A stretch of 63,771 nt of DNA, filler included, from Gemmatimonadota bacterium (lineage in GTDB: Bacteria > 4572-55 > J002): NCBI GenBank assembly GCA_003697105.1. It is 6 parts of 6 records of this genome, joined end to end, with 100 filler letters (N's around TTAATTAATTAA, not from the genome) between each part and the next. Parts side by side here need not be neighbours in the genome. Positions count along the whole stretch, not along the records: positions 10,402 to 26,078 come from RFFQ01000133.1; positions 26,179 to 39,950 come from RFFQ01000139.1; 4 more parts are not named here. One strand, 5' to 3'. A program made the position numbers and the translations under genes. Positions 19,869 through 31,300 of the stretch are shown here, one piece after another (the first letter of the stretch is position 1; every line of letters starts with the position of its first letter). The notes beneath the pieces are model-generated. The model saw nothing but the letters and a program-made list of their open reading frames with translations, made no database searches and was not told the DNA's origin.

Positions 19869-20923
19869 TGCAACATCTCTCCTAAATCTTCAGCAGTTTG
19901 GAGTACATTTCGGGTTACATCTTGAATTTCGCCGATCTCGCGCTCAATGTCTGCTAATTGCTCTACTAACCGTTTCAGAAGGGGGGTCTGTTGATCCACG
20001 GAGGCTAACGTATCATTGAAAATATCATATAGCCTTTGAATGGACTGCTCAATTAAGATGGCATTTTGGCTGATCGAGGCAAGCTCATCAACGATCGTCT
20101 CGGCACGACTGATATCCGTTTTCAATTGGTCCAAAATATCCGCGGAGTTCGCAAATAGGTCATCGAGATATATCTGCACTTTTCGGGTGGAATCCCGTGC
20201 TTCCAACGCCAGCCGGGAAAGTTCTTCGGCAATCACCCCAAAACCTCGCCCCCGGTCACCTGCCCGCGCGGCTTCGATGGTTGCATTGAGTGCCAACATA
20301 TTGATGGCATCCGTTACCATATCATTTGTGTTCAGTATTTCGGTTAAATCCTGAATTCCACGTTCCAAAATATCCAGTTTGGTAATATGATCCCGGCTCA
20401 TATGGAGGGTCGTTTCTGTCTCTTTTAGATGTTCTTGAATGGAGTGCAAGGTCTCTGCAGTTATCATCCGCACCTGTTGGTACTCCGCATTATTCGTCTC
20501 TGACAAAGACATTAACTGCGCATTCTGGTCGATCAAGGTTGACGTCATGGATCGGAACTTGAGCAACGTCTCATTGAGCCGGTCTTCATTTTCCAAACCA
20601 GCTTCAGTGACAGCAGAAAGGGTGAACCGGACAATATCCAACGTATTTTGGAGGCTCTCCAGTTGATCCGTTACGGAAGATACAGCCTCGCCACGGGCAT
20701 CTGGCGCTTCGGATTCTGGATCGAAATCCGGCGGTGATGGGGGTGAAGATGGTACTTGCCGGTGGTACTGCTGAATCATCAGTCCAGCGGTGACGAGTAA
20801 CATCAGTGAAAATAATCCACGGGCGAAAAGCCAAGGTAGCGGGTCATGCCAGCGAGTATCCAGCACAACGACAAATGCGGATAGAATCAGTAATATCGTG
20901 CCCAATCGAGGAAGCCAAGACAT
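19865..20923 (-). CDS. Methyl-accepting chemotaxis-like protein (short, two closely spaced TMs)
   Basis: NMLALNATIEAARAGDRGRGFGVIAEEL signalling hairpin. Confidence 0.85.
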   Translation of the reverse strand: MSWLPRLGTILLILSAFVVVLDTRWHDPLPWLFARGLFSLMLLVTAGLMIQQYHRQVPSSPPSPPDFDPESEAPDARGEAVSSVTDQLESLQNTLDIVRFTLSAVTEAGLENEDRLNETLLKFRSMTSTLIDQNAQLMSLSETNNAEYQQVRMITAETLHSIQEHLKETETTLHMSRDHITKLDILERGIQDLTEILNTNDMVTDAINMLALNATIEAARAGDRGRGFGVIAEELSRLALEARDSTRKVQIYLDDLFANSADILDQLKTDISRAETIVDELASISQNAILIEQSIQRLYDIFNDTLASVDQQTPLLKRLVEQLADIEREIGEIQDVTRNVLQTAEDLGEMLQ

Positions 20924-21074
20924 GGATACTCCTTGGAGAGAGGTTCGGTTTCATTCGCATTTTCGCACAAACCCGGCAACTTGTCAATCGTTTTCTAATG
21001 ATCGAGACCGATGTCCGGTAATTTGCGGCATTTTTGCACAAGGGGTACCATTCCATGGGGCAAGAGGGGGAGGG

Positions 21075-22325
21075 TTAACTGAGATGCTGGGCAACATCGG
21101 TGGCATACGCCCGCAGCGCCGGTAACACACCGGCAAGCGCACTGAGAAGGATAATCCCCAGTGGCGCTAAGAGGAAGATCCATTGCGGTAAAAAGAGATG
21201 AAGCACAACACCGGTTTGTGCCCGAATAACGATACCTGCCACTCCTACAATCAACAGATAAAATCCGAAACCCACCAGCGACCCCCAGACGCCAATCAAG
21301 GTGGACTCTAGGATGATAACAGTGAACAAGGTACGGCGACGCGCACCCAATGCCCGCAAAATAGCAAATTGCTGGCGGCGTTCGCTAATGGTGTTGTAAA
21401 TACTCGCCAAAATGGAGCCGGCGGCAACAAGCACCACGAGATAGGCTACAATCGTTAAAACCCGGTGAATCCAGCCCAATTTCTCAAATAAGTCTGCCAT
21501 TACTCGTCCAATAGGATACGCCAGCGTTGCCATGTTGCCTTGTTTGTTGATCTCCTGATCCAGAAAGAAGCCGCCCTGTGGGTCGCGCAATTTGAGCATC
21601 ACGACACTCACTTCTTTGTGCGCATCCGGGATAGGTTGCCCGCGTACCGGTTGGTACACCTCACCACTACCTCGCAGTACGTGCCCTGCCATCCGAAAAA
21701 CACCTTCAATCGGAATCCAAATAACCCGGTCCGAAGGGGTATTGGTCGGCTTTAAAATACCGGTCACGACATAGTCCTCGTCATGGTCGTGCCCCCCTGT
21801 GCCCAAGCCGTGAGTTGGGTGAAAGGTATCGCCCACCTTCAGACCTGTTTTTTGCGCGGCGAAACTACCGAGCACCGCTTCCTGCCGGGTGGAATCAAAA
21901 AATCGACCGTGCTTCAGTTCGTATTTTTTGCCTTGCTGGTACTCAAAATCCGTGAAGAGCACATCCGTCGTACCGACAATCCGAAAACCCTTATAATGGT
22001 CTCCGACAGCATAGGGAATTGCCAGTTCCACGCGGGGGTCACGCTGCATCTGCTGGAACAATCGCCACGGGATATTGCCCGGCGAGGTCTCCAAATGAAA
22101 GACGGCATTTAACACCAGTTGCAACGGGCTACCCCGTGCTCCTAAAACCGCATCAAAGCCGAAGTTACCACCGGTAAATGCCCGGTAAGTCTGGGTTTGT
22201 AAACTGAAAACCGCCATCACCAATCCGGCGGCGAGCGCCACTGAAAAGGTGGTAACCAGTGTTGAAAGGGCATGTTGGCGCAAACTACGCCAAACAATGC
22301 GGATCAAACCACGGAATTTTGCCAT
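21075..22325 (-). CDS. MacB/FtsX-family ABC transporter permease
   Basis: GARGSPLQLVLNAVFH, ERRQQFAILRALGA, PALRAY. Confidence 0.88.
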   Translation of the reverse strand: MAKFRGLIRIVWRSLRQHALSTLVTTFSVALAAGLVMAVFSLQTQTYRAFTGGNFGFDAVLGARGSPLQLVLNAVFHLETSPGNIPWRLFQQMQRDPRVELAIPYAVGDHYKGFRIVGTTDVLFTDFEYQQGKKYELKHGRFFDSTRQEAVLGSFAAQKTGLKVGDTFHPTHGLGTGGHDHDEDYVVTGILKPTNTPSDRVIWIPIEGVFRMAGHVLRGSGEVYQPVRGQPIPDAHKEVSVVMLKLRDPQGGFFLDQEINKQGNMATLAYPIGRVMADLFEKLGWIHRVLTIVAYLVVLVAAGSILASIYNTISERRQQFAILRALGARRRTLFTVIILESTLIGVWGSLVGFGFYLLIVGVAGIVIRAQTGVVLHLFLPQWIFLLAPLGIILLSALAGVLPALRAYATDVAQHLS

Positions 22326-22376
22326 AACGGTCTGTCTTTTAATCAAAATTGCCTACCAAAGAAGGTATGGCAACGC

Positions 22377-23057
22377 CTACGCTAATACCCGGTTAATCGT
22401 TTCAAATGGAATCACGTGATCAAACTGAGCCAACATTGCTGGGTCGTGGCTGACCAGTAGCAGAGCCGCACCTTGTTCGGCGCAGACTCGACGGATCAAG
22501 TTGAGTGCCTCCTGTGCATGGTGCACATCCAGATTGCCAGTGGGTTCATCGGCGAGAACCAGTTGGGGTTGGTTCGCCAATGCGCGAGCCACCGCAACCC
22601 GTTGTTGTTGTCCGGCAGAAAGTTGTGACGGCCGGTAGTGCAATCGATCCGCCAAGCCGACGGTTTCCAGCAAGTAGCGCGCCCGTTGCCGGTCAATCCC
22701 CTGCCCGAACATCATCGCCAACTCGACATTTTCGAGCGCCGTGAAACCATCCAATAGGTTAAACGCCTGAAATATGTAGCCGGTGCTTCTGGCGCGCACG
22801 ACATCCCGCTCCGGCTCTGATAGCGCCGTAATCTCCTGTCCATCAAGGAAAATCTGCCCGCTATCTGCTTGTAAAATTCCGGCAATCAGGTGGAGAAAGG
22901 TCGTTTTGCCGGAGCCACTGCGTCCATGAACGGCAATTTGGTCACCGGAGGAAACGTGAAATTCCGGTACGTCAATAATCGGTAAGGGGTCGCCATCTGG
23001 CGTGTAATAGCTTTTTTTAAGGTGGGTGACAGTAAGAAGTGGTGCAGAATCCGGCAT
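22377..23057 (-). CDS. ABC transporter ATP-binding protein (LolD/MacB-like)
   Basis: [33 protein letters not shown]. Confidence 0.92.
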   Translation of the reverse strand: MPDSAPLLTVTHLKKSYYTPDGDPLPIIDVPEFHVSSGDQIAVHGRSGSGKTTFLHLIAGILQADSGQIFLDGQEITALSEPERDVVRARSTGYIFQAFNLLDGFTALENVELAMMFGQGIDRQRARYLLETVGLADRLHYRPSQLSAGQQQRVAVARALANQPQLVLADEPTGNLDVHHAQEALNLIRRVCAEQGAALLLVSHDPAMLAQFDHVIPFETINRVLA

Positions 23058-23079
23058 CGTATTCCCAACAGGTGAACGT

Positions 23080-24096
23080 TCACAATTGTTTACCCATCGC
23101 CGCGGCAATTTGGCGACATTGGTCTATCATCATTAAAAATTGAGCGGGGTTAAGGGATTGGACGCCATCCGAAAGCGCTTGATCCGGGTCTGGGTGAACT
23201 TCCACCAGTAAGCCGTGTGCTCCTGCCGCTACCGCCGCCCGTGCCATTGCGGGTACATATTCCCGAATACCAACGCCATGGCTCGGATCGGCAATGACCG
23301 GCAGGTGGCTGCGCGCCTGTAGGGTCGGAATTGCGGACACATCAAAGGTGTTGCGGGTGTAATTCTCAAATGTGCGAATCCCCCGTTCGCAGAGTATGAC
23401 TGCCGGATTGCCTCCTGCCATGATATATTCCGCCGACATCAGCAGTTCTTCAAGGGTCGCGGAAATGCCTCGTTTGAGTAAAACGGGTTTGGGGAGCGCC
23501 CCCAACTCCTTGAGGAGATCATAATTGTACATGTTACGGGCGCCCACCTGAAAAATATCGACGTAATCCTGCATCAGTGGTAATTGCGATTTATCCATCA
23601 CTTCCGAGACAACCAGTAAATCGTACCGGTCGGCGGCGGCACGGATCAGCTTTAAACCGGGTTCCCCCAATCCTTGAAATGAATAAGGCGACGTGCGTGG
23701 TTTGAATGCGCCACCGCGCAGGATTTTCGCGCCGCTTTCCTTGACGATTGCCGCAACCGTGTTAATTTGCGCTTCGGACTCAATCGAACACGGTCCCGCC
23801 ATGAGGATCACCTCGTCTGGGCGCCCGATCTCCACATCGCGAATGCGGATGGTGCTGTCCGCCGGATGGAACGAACGATTGGCTAATTTGTAAGGTTCTG
23901 TAACCTGATGCACGTAATCAACTCCATCCAACACCGCTATTTTGTCCGGGTCAAAAGGGCGATGATTTCCGAGGGTCCCCCAAGCGGTACGTTCCACTCC
24001 AGAGATACGCTGTACCGGAATACCCCACTCTGCAAAGCGATGTTCTACCTGTTGAATTTGCGCTTCTGTGGCATGTTTTTTCATTACCACCAGCAT
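23080..24096 (-). CDS. aroF: DAHP synthase, type I-beta with N-terminal regulatory domain
   Basis: AGPCSIES, RGGAFKPRTSPYSFQGLG, QVGARNM, CERGIRTFE, DPSHG. Confidence 0.93.
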   Translation of the reverse strand: MLVVMKKHATEAQIQQVEHRFAEWGIPVQRISGVERTAWGTLGNHRPFDPDKIAVLDGVDYVHQVTEPYKLANRSFHPADSTIRIRDVEIGRPDEVILMAGPCSIESEAQINTVAAIVKESGAKILRGGAFKPRTSPYSFQGLGEPGLKLIRAAADRYDLLVVSEVMDKSQLPLMQDYVDIFQVGARNMYNYDLLKELGALPKPVLLKRGISATLEELLMSAEYIMAGGNPAVILCERGIRTFENYTRNTFDVSAIPTLQARSHLPVIADPSHGVGIREYVPAMARAAVAAGAHGLLVEVHPDPDQALSDGVQSLNPAQFLMMIDQCRQIAAAMGKQL

Positions 24097-24360
24097 GATA
24101 TCTCCTTCATTAAGATATGCTTCCCAGCGAATTCGGCAAGAGTTGTTTGCACGGAAGATTAGCCGCGCCATTATAAAACGTGGCGAATTCGTTGACATCT
24201 ATTTATTCCAAAATCAGCGGAGTCACTCGTATGAGAAAAATGTCCCGTACACGTGCCATCCGGCTATGATGCAACGGGGTACGGTGAATAATATAACGCA
24301 CCAAATTTCACTGGGATAAAATGGCATCGCAAGTCTGGCATGGCTCTATTTCCGTGCAGG

Positions 24361-25941
24361 TCACTCCGCTTCAGGCTCGTTCTCATCCCCTTTAAGTGGA
24401 CGCATCATCGGGAAAAGTAACACATCGCGGATGCTGGGAGCATCGGTCAAGAGCATCACCAGCCGGTCAATACCGATACCACAACCGCCGGTGGGGGGCA
24501 TACCGTATTCAATCGCGGTGAGGAAATCTTCGTCCAGTACTTGTGCTTCTTCATCCCCCCGTGCTTTTAAGCCCATTTGTGCTTCAAACCGCTCCCGCTG
24601 GTCGATGGGATCATTTAACTCGCTAAAGGCATTCGCGTACTCCGCATTGGCGATGTACAACTCAAACCGTTCGACGGTTTTATCGTCGCTCCGGTGTTTT
24701 TTCGCCAGCGGGGAATTTTCCACCGGGAAATCCATCACAAACGTGGGTTGTACCAATTTTGGCTCGACCCATACGTCAAAGATTTCTTCCAGTAAATGTC
24801 CGCGGTCCATCGTATCATCCACGACAATCGGTTCTGGGACACTCGCTTGCGATGCCGAGTCATTCGGGTGCTCCTGATGAAACTGTGTGCGCAATTCCAG
24901 CGCGGTTTCATTGAGCTGGTGGATGACTTCGCGCAATTGAGCCTCATCCATCGACTTCGTATCAAAACCGGTATGCGTTTGAATCAGGTCGAACCACTTT
25001 GCCCGGTGGAACGTACTCAGGTCAATCTCCATGCCCTGATAGGTAATATTCAGCGTCCCCAACACGTTCTGGGTGACGGTCTGGATCAATTTTTCAGTGA
25101 TGTTCATCATATCATAGTAATCGGCATACGCTTGGTAAAACTCCATCATAGTGAATTCCGGGTTGTGGGTGCGGTCCATCCCTTCATTACGGAAATCTTT
25201 GCAGATTTCATACACCCGGTCAAATCCCCCGACGATCAACCGTTTGAGATAAAGCTCATCGGCAATGCGCAGATAAAGCGGGATATTAAGGGCATTCAGG
25301 TGCGTTTTGAACGGGCGGGCATTGGCGCCGCCATAAAGCGGTTGCAGGGTAGGGGTTTCGACCTCCAAAAAGTGGAGACCATCCATAAACAATCTTGTTT
25401 CGCGGATGATCCGGCTACGGAGTTCAAACGTTCGCCGCACATCGGGATTCATAATCAAATCAGCGTAACGCTGGCGATAGCGGATTTCCTTATCTTTCAA
25501 GCCGTGCCATTTTTCGGGCAACGGATGAATCGATTTGCATAAAACAGAAATCGCGCCGGCGTGGATGCTTTTTTCACCGGTTTTGGTGGTAAAGGCGTAG
25601 CCTTCTGCACCTAAAAAATCGCCGACTTCGAGTTTTTTGAACAGTCCGTTATAAACATCTGCTCCCACGTCATCCCGCCGGATGTAAATCTGGATTCTAC
25701 CGGAAGCATCTTCCAGATGGCAAAACGAGGCTTTACCCATCCGCCGTAAGGACATGATCCGCCCGCACACCCGGACATTTTCTTGACTCTCGCTCAGGTG
25801 TTCAAATTGGTCCACCACTTCCTGCGCAAAATGGGTGCGGTCATAGCGGTAGGGATACGGATTAAAGCCTTGCTGGCGGATTGCCTCTATTTTAGCGATC
25901 CGCTCCGCGATCAAAGGGTGCTGATGATGTTCTGCTGCCAT
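24361..25941 (-). CDS. lysS: Lysine--tRNA ligase (class II)
   Basis: RYRQRY, GGANARPF, LRIADELYLKRL, FRNEG, ELNDP, YGMPPTGG. Confidence 0.97.
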   Translation of the reverse strand: MAAEHHQHPLIAERIAKIEAIRQQGFNPYPYRYDRTHFAQEVVDQFEHLSESQENVRVCGRIMSLRRMGKASFCHLEDASGRIQIYIRRDDVGADVYNGLFKKLEVGDFLGAEGYAFTTKTGEKSIHAGAISVLCKSIHPLPEKWHGLKDKEIRYRQRYADLIMNPDVRRTFELRSRIIRETRLFMDGLHFLEVETPTLQPLYGGANARPFKTHLNALNIPLYLRIADELYLKRLIVGGFDRVYEICKDFRNEGMDRTHNPEFTMMEFYQAYADYYDMMNITEKLIQTVTQNVLGTLNITYQGMEIDLSTFHRAKWFDLIQTHTGFDTKSMDEAQLREVIHQLNETALELRTQFHQEHPNDSASQASVPEPIVVDDTMDRGHLLEEIFDVWVEPKLVQPTFVMDFPVENSPLAKKHRSDDKTVERFELYIANAEYANAFSELNDPIDQRERFEAQMGLKARGDEEAQVLDEDFLTAIEYGMPPTGGCGIGIDRLVMLLTDAPSIRDVLLFPMMRPLKGDENEPEAE

Positions 25942-26078
25942 TTTAGAGGTTTCCTTTCTATGATATTCACTATGATATTTAATTAGCTAAAATTGCCATA
26001 ATCTGATTAAAATCGTCCGGTAAACCGGAGGTAAACTGCATTTTTTCTTGGGTGTGCGGGTGCACAAACTCGATTTCG

Positions 26079-26178
26079 NNNNNNNNNNNNNNNNNNNNNN
26101 NNNNNNNNNNNNNNNNNNNNNNTTAATTAATTAANNNNNNNNNNNNNNNNNNNNNNNNNNNNNNNNNNNNNNNNNNNN
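26079..26178. other. Artificial contig linker
   Basis: N run with TTAATTAATTAA. Confidence 0.99.
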
Positions 26179-26276
26179 TCGAGCGATTTATCAAAGAACA
26201 GGGCATCAGCCCAGACGAATGGGCTGATATTATGGAATACATAAAGCTAGGCTGAAGACTTCTGCGGAGACTTCAG
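26179..26276 (+). mobile_element. Probable right end of an IS (family B): ORF C-terminus followed by terminal inverted repeat
   Basis: Open frame ERFIKEQGISPDEWADIMEYIKLG* (stop 26253-26255) directly followed by CTTCTGCGGAGACTTCAG, the reverse complement of the TIR at 52573. Confidence 0.65.
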
Positions 26277-26303
26277 ATCAATTTAACCCGAGTTTGTCAA
26301 CAG

Positions 26304-26339
26304 AAAAAAAAGGGTGACTGCCGTATGGCAATCACCCTG
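26304..26339 (-). terminator. Intrinsic terminator
   Basis: Minus strand CAGGGTGATTGCC-ATAC-GGCAGTCACCC-TTTTTTTT. Confidence 0.8.
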
Positions 26340-26366
26340 AAACATTGCGAAATACCGCGTGATCTC

Positions 26367-27086
26367 TTAATGGATACCCACACCCAGAATCATCCGTAAT
26401 TTGAATTCGGCGGCGCCTTCTTCAACATCACCGGCGGCAAAGGCGCTGCCAAGCGCCACCCACAACCCATCTTCACCGTGGGAAATTGTCGGTCCCAGGT
26501 AGGTTGCGTCTTCACTGGTTTGCAGTTCCATCCCTACCGCCAGTAATTTAGTAGGATGGTAGGAGATTCCGGCGTTCAACTTGGTTTCGGTTTCCCATTC
26601 ACTATCTTCCCATTCGGCTTCAAAAACAGGGTTCAGGGCGATGTTCCAGCGATCAAAATCGCGAGCTAGGATCAATTTTCCTTCTAGTTCATGCTCATGA
26701 AAATCGGATTTACCTTTATATTCGGCATAAAGTTGGGGGTCTATGAACCATTTTCCCCGTTCACCTAACCGGTACCGGCAACGCAATTTATAACCATTGT
26801 ATTTAAGGGCGTCATCGGGTGCTTGCTTAAAAACTTGATAAATCGCAACATCAAACCGCTCATTCATCCCTATTTCGACCTCAAATTGATGTTCTGTAGT
26901 TGTGGTACCTTCTGGTTGGTCAAGATTAGGTGTGGTGGTGGTATAATAGTGTTCCAGTTCAGCGTGTCCGGGTTCGGTACTGATATACGGGTATGTCCAG
27001 ACATAAGACCGCTGATCCGCATGTACCCAATTTAGACTGATCAACAATAGGGCACAACTCCAACAAATAATTAAGCTACGACGCAT
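26367..27086 (-). CDS. Putative outer-membrane beta-barrel protein
   Basis: Signal peptide (VHA/D), alternating aromatic beta-strand pattern, C-terminal LRMILGVGIH; GGAGG RBS. Confidence 0.6.
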   Translation of the reverse strand: MRRSLIICWSCALLLISLNWVHADQRSYVWTYPYISTEPGHAELEHYYTTTTPNLDQPEGTTTTEHQFEVEIGMNERFDVAIYQVFKQAPDDALKYNGYKLRCRYRLGERGKWFIDPQLYAEYKGKSDFHEHELEGKLILARDFDRWNIALNPVFEAEWEDSEWETETKLNAGISYHPTKLLAVGMELQTSEDATYLGPTISHGEDGLWVALGSAFAAGDVEEGAAEFKLRMILGVGIH

Positions 27087-27191
27087 CGCATCCTCCAAAA
27101 TTAAGTATAGGTGATTGAACTATAGTTTTATTACTAAAACGAAGGTTGTGTATATAATATTCACTTTTCGGAATGTCAAGATTTAAAAAGT

Positions 27192-27228
27192 AAAATCCCA
27201 TCTTTTACTCAATAAAAGATGGGATTTT
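27192..27228 (-). terminator. Hairpin terminator after the DHOD-like gene
   Basis: AAAATCCCATCTTTTA-CTCAA-TAAAAGATGGGATTTT inverted repeat. Confidence 0.7.
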
Positions 27229-27269
27229 CGCTCTATTTTTCAGCCGCTATCGCTTATTGTCTCTTGCTT

Positions 27270-28277
27270 TTAGATATAGGCATATTCTTTACGGTAATAA
27301 GTAAGGGCTTTCATATACTGGGCTCTTTCGTATCCGGTGGGGTCTTCGCAGTGGATTTGGCTCATGCTACCTTGCATTTGTTGCACGGATTCATACTCAT
27401 ATTCCAGTAACCATTTGGTTAGGTCTTGTTCCACGCGGCGGATATGTCCGATGCCATTACGAAGTAACGCAGAACACATTTGGGTCACTTTCGCCCCTGC
27501 CATCAGCATTTTGATGACATCTTTTGCGCTGTGAATCCCGCTAGTGGCGGCTAAATCGGCATTGATCCGACCGTATAAGATAGCGATCCAGCGTAAGGGA
27601 AGGCGCAACGCATGGGGAGTACTCAGAATCACATGGGGGGTGATTTCCAATTCTTCCAGATCGATATCCGGCTGGTAAAAGCGGTTGAACAGGACGAGTC
27701 CGTCTGCTCCGGCATCTGCCAGTTTTTTGCTCATATTGGCGATGTTGCTAAAAAACGGTGATAACTTCACGGAAACAGGAATCGAGACGACACTTTTGAC
27801 ATTTTGCAAAATATCCACGTAGGTTTTTTCCACTTCTGTACCATTCAGATTCACATCGGTGGGGATGTAGTAAATGTTGAGTTCTAGGGCATCGGCACCG
27901 GCTTGTTGCATTTTGCGGGCAAATTCGGTCCAGCCTCCAATTGTGGAGCCGTTCAAGCTGGCGATAATCGGGATATCAACCGCCTCCTTCGCTTTGCGGA
28001 TATGCTCCAGATATTCTTCCGGCCCCATCCGATATTCTTCCGGTTCAGGAAAATATGTTAGTGCTTCAGCGAAGCTTTCCGTGCCAAAGGTCGTATGAAA
28101 GTGCAAATCCTGTGCTTCCATCCGCAGTTGTTCTTCAAACAGGGAATAGAGGACGACAGCAGAAGCGCCGGCATCTTCCATCTGCTTGATCGAATCCACA
28201 TGTTCCGAAAGGGGAGAGGCTGAGGGTACAAGGGGTGTACGCAACTTCAAGCCTAAATAGGTGGTACTCAAATCCAT
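27270..28277 (-). CDS. Dihydroorotate dehydrogenase-like FMN protein (PFOR-associated)
   Basis: [42 protein letters not shown]. Confidence 0.88.
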   Translation of the reverse strand: MDLSTTYLGLKLRTPLVPSASPLSEHVDSIKQMEDAGASAVVLYSLFEEQLRMEAQDLHFHTTFGTESFAEALTYFPEPEEYRMGPEEYLEHIRKAKEAVDIPIIASLNGSTIGGWTEFARKMQQAGADALELNIYYIPTDVNLNGTEVEKTYVDILQNVKSVVSIPVSVKLSPFFSNIANMSKKLADAGADGLVLFNRFYQPDIDLEELEITPHVILSTPHALRLPLRWIAILYGRINADLAATSGIHSAKDVIKMLMAGAKVTQMCSALLRNGIGHIRRVEQDLTKWLLEYEYESVQQMQGSMSQIHCEDPTGYERAQYMKALTYYRKEYAYI

Positions 28278-28349
28278 GATCGTTCTCCTTCAAAGTTCAA
28301 TTTCGGGGGTCAAAGACCTTTTGTTCGACCCCCGAGTTGGGTTCGGAAA

Positions 28350-31300
28350 TTATTTGTCCGTTGGATGGTTTGAGGATCGGGACGCAAGATACTCATAGTG
28401 TTTCCAGCGCCGGTCCACATCCGCTTGTGCCAGTTTGAATAAGCGTTCGGCGATGTCAGGTTTACTCTTGGTGAGCATTCGGAACCGATTTTCCATATTC
28501 AGATATTCAATAACGGCTTTCTTCGGTGCTTTGGAATCCAAACTCAAGGGATTTTCTCCTGCTTCGGCCCGGAGCGGGTTGTAGCGATACAACAACCACT
28601 GACCCGTATTGACCGCCATTTTTTGATTCTCCATTGCTTTTGCCATATTGATTCCATGTGCAATACAATGGCTGTAAGCGATGATCAACGAGGGTCCTTG
28701 GTATGCTTCGGCTTCGATAAAGGCACGCAAGGTGTGCATATCCCGCGCCCCCATTGCCACACTCGCGACATAGACATTGCCGTAGCTCATCGCCATCAGA
28801 CCGAGGTCTTTTTTACCGGCTGGGCGTCCGGCAGCGGAGAATTTGGCAATAGCACCGCGTGGAGTGGCTTTAGAGGTTTGCCCACCGGTATTGGAGTAAA
28901 CTTCGGTATCCAGTACGAGGATATTTACATCACGTCCGCTTGCCAGCACATGATCCAAGCCGCCATAACCGATGTCGTATGCCCATCCATCACCACCGAT
29001 GATCCAAACGCTTTGTTTAACCAGATTATCTGCCAGAGTAAGCAACTGTTTGGCATCGATAGTGTCCAAATCGCGAAGTTTTTGCTTGAGGAGGGCAACT
29101 CGTTCCCGTTGCTCATAAATACCGGCTTCGTCTCGTTGATCGGCAGTTAAAAGGGCAGTTGCCAGATCGTCGCCAATAGTACCGGCGAGTTTCTGGACTA
29201 ACTCTCGGGCGTATTCTTGTTTTTTATCGATCGCGAGGCGGATTCCCAGCCCAAATTCGGCATTGTCTTCAAAGAGGGAGTTTGACCATGCGGGACCGCG
29301 TCCTTCTCTATTTTTTGTCCAGGGTGTTGTGGGTAAATTTCCGCCATAGATGGAGGAACAGCCCGTGGCATTGGCAACCACCATCCGGTCTCCAAATAAT
29401 TGGGTCGCAAGCTTGACATAGGGGGTTTCCCCACAGCCGGCACATGCTCCCGAAAACTCGAACAACGGGAGTTGTAATTGTTGTTGCGGTAGCTTGGTAA
29501 CCTCAATATTCCGCCGGTCAACTTCTGGGAGAGAGAGGAAGAACTCCCAATTTTCTCGCTCGGTGTCGCGTAGCGGGGGTTGGGGTGCCATGTTGATCGC
29601 TTTGAGCCGTGTTTGGGTCTTGTTCTTTGCCGGGCAAACTTCAACGCATAGCTCACAACCGGTACAATCTTCCGGAGCGACTTGTAGGGTGTATTTCATC
29701 CCCGACCACGCTTTGTCACGGGCGTCTGTGGATTTAAATGTTGCCGGGGCATCTTTCAAGAGATCGGGGTCGTACACTTTCTGGCGAATCACTCCGTGCG
29801 GGCAGACCAAGGAACACTTGCCACATTGGATACACACGTCGGGGTCCCAAACGGGAATTTCCAGCGCAATATTGCGTTTTTCCCACTGGGTTGTGCCGGT
29901 TGGGTATGTACCATCTTCTGGAAAACAACTGACCGGTAGATCATCACCCTGCCCCGCCATAATTTTAGCGAGAACATTGCGGACGAATTCCGGCGCACGT
30001 TCCGAGACCGTTGGCGGCTGTTCGCGGCGGCTGGTGACTGCACCCGGAATTTCGACTTCGTGCAGGTGTGCCAGCGCTTGGTCCACCGCATTGATATTCA
30101 TCTGAACAATATGATCTCCTTTTCGTCCGTAAGTCTTCTTGATGGCGTCTTTAATGGCGCGAATTGCTTCTTCTTTGGGTAGCACGCTGGAAATCGCAAA
30201 AAAGCAGGTTTGCATCACGGTGTTAATACGGTTGCCCATGCCGGCATTTTTAGCGACATCATAGGCATCAATCACATACAGTTTAATTTGTTTCTCGATA
30301 ATCTGTTCTTGATAGTTCCGGGGTAGCGTATCCCAGACCTCATCCACACCGGCTTGCGTGTTTAGGAGAAATGTACCACCGGGAACAAGTGATTTTAGCA
30401 TATCATAGCGCTCTAGAAAAACTGTTTGATGACACGCCACAAAATTTGCTTTGCTGATTAAATAAGAAGACCGGATAGGCTCGGGTCCAAAGCGCAAGTG
30501 TGAAACCGTCACCGCGCCCGCTTTTTTGGAATCATAGACAAAATAGCCTTGGGCGTAGTTATCGGTATTTTCCCCGATGATCTTGATCGAATTTTTGTTG
30601 GCGCCAACCGTACCATCAGACCCCAAACCATAAAAGAGCGCCCGTACCACATTATCGGATTCGGTGGAAAATTCGGGATCGTAATCAAGACTGGTATGGG
30701 TTACATCATCGTTGATGCCAATGGTGAAATGATTTTTGGGGATGTCTTTTTTCAGTTCGTCGTAAATTCCCTTCACCATTGCTGGGGTGAATTCCTTGGA
30801 AGACAAGCCGTACCGTCCTCCGATAACCTTTGGCAAGGCGTCGAATTTCGCCCCGCCATTGTTCATGCTCTCGTACAGCGCATTCACCGTATCCTGATAG
30901 AGGGGTTCCCCTAGGCTACCCGGCTCTTTGGTGCGGTCTAACACGGCGATGGCTTTTGCCGATGCCGGAAGGGCTTTGATAAATTGTTCCATACTAAACG
31001 GACGATACAGCCGGACTTTCAGCAAACCCACACTTTCGCCTTTATCATTGAGATAATCCACCGTTTCATGAATGGCTTCACTACCCGATCCCATGCAAAC
31101 AATAACTCGATCCGCATCTGGTGCGCCGACATAATCAAATAGATGGTATTGGCGCCCAACCAACTGGGCGAACTTATCCATTGCGTCCTGCATAATCGTC
31201 GGAGCCTTTTGATAATACGGATTGACGGTTTCCCGCGCTTGGAAAAAGACATCCGGATTTTGGGCCGTACCGCGTAATACCGGATTCTCTGGATTGAGAC

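Noticed and set aside
24796-25542. Long antisense ORFs (e.g. 248 aa opposite lysS, 213 aa opposite lgt, 203 aa opposite nifJ, 200 aa at 10910-11512)
   Set aside because: Shadow frames of well-supported genes with no motifs or RBS
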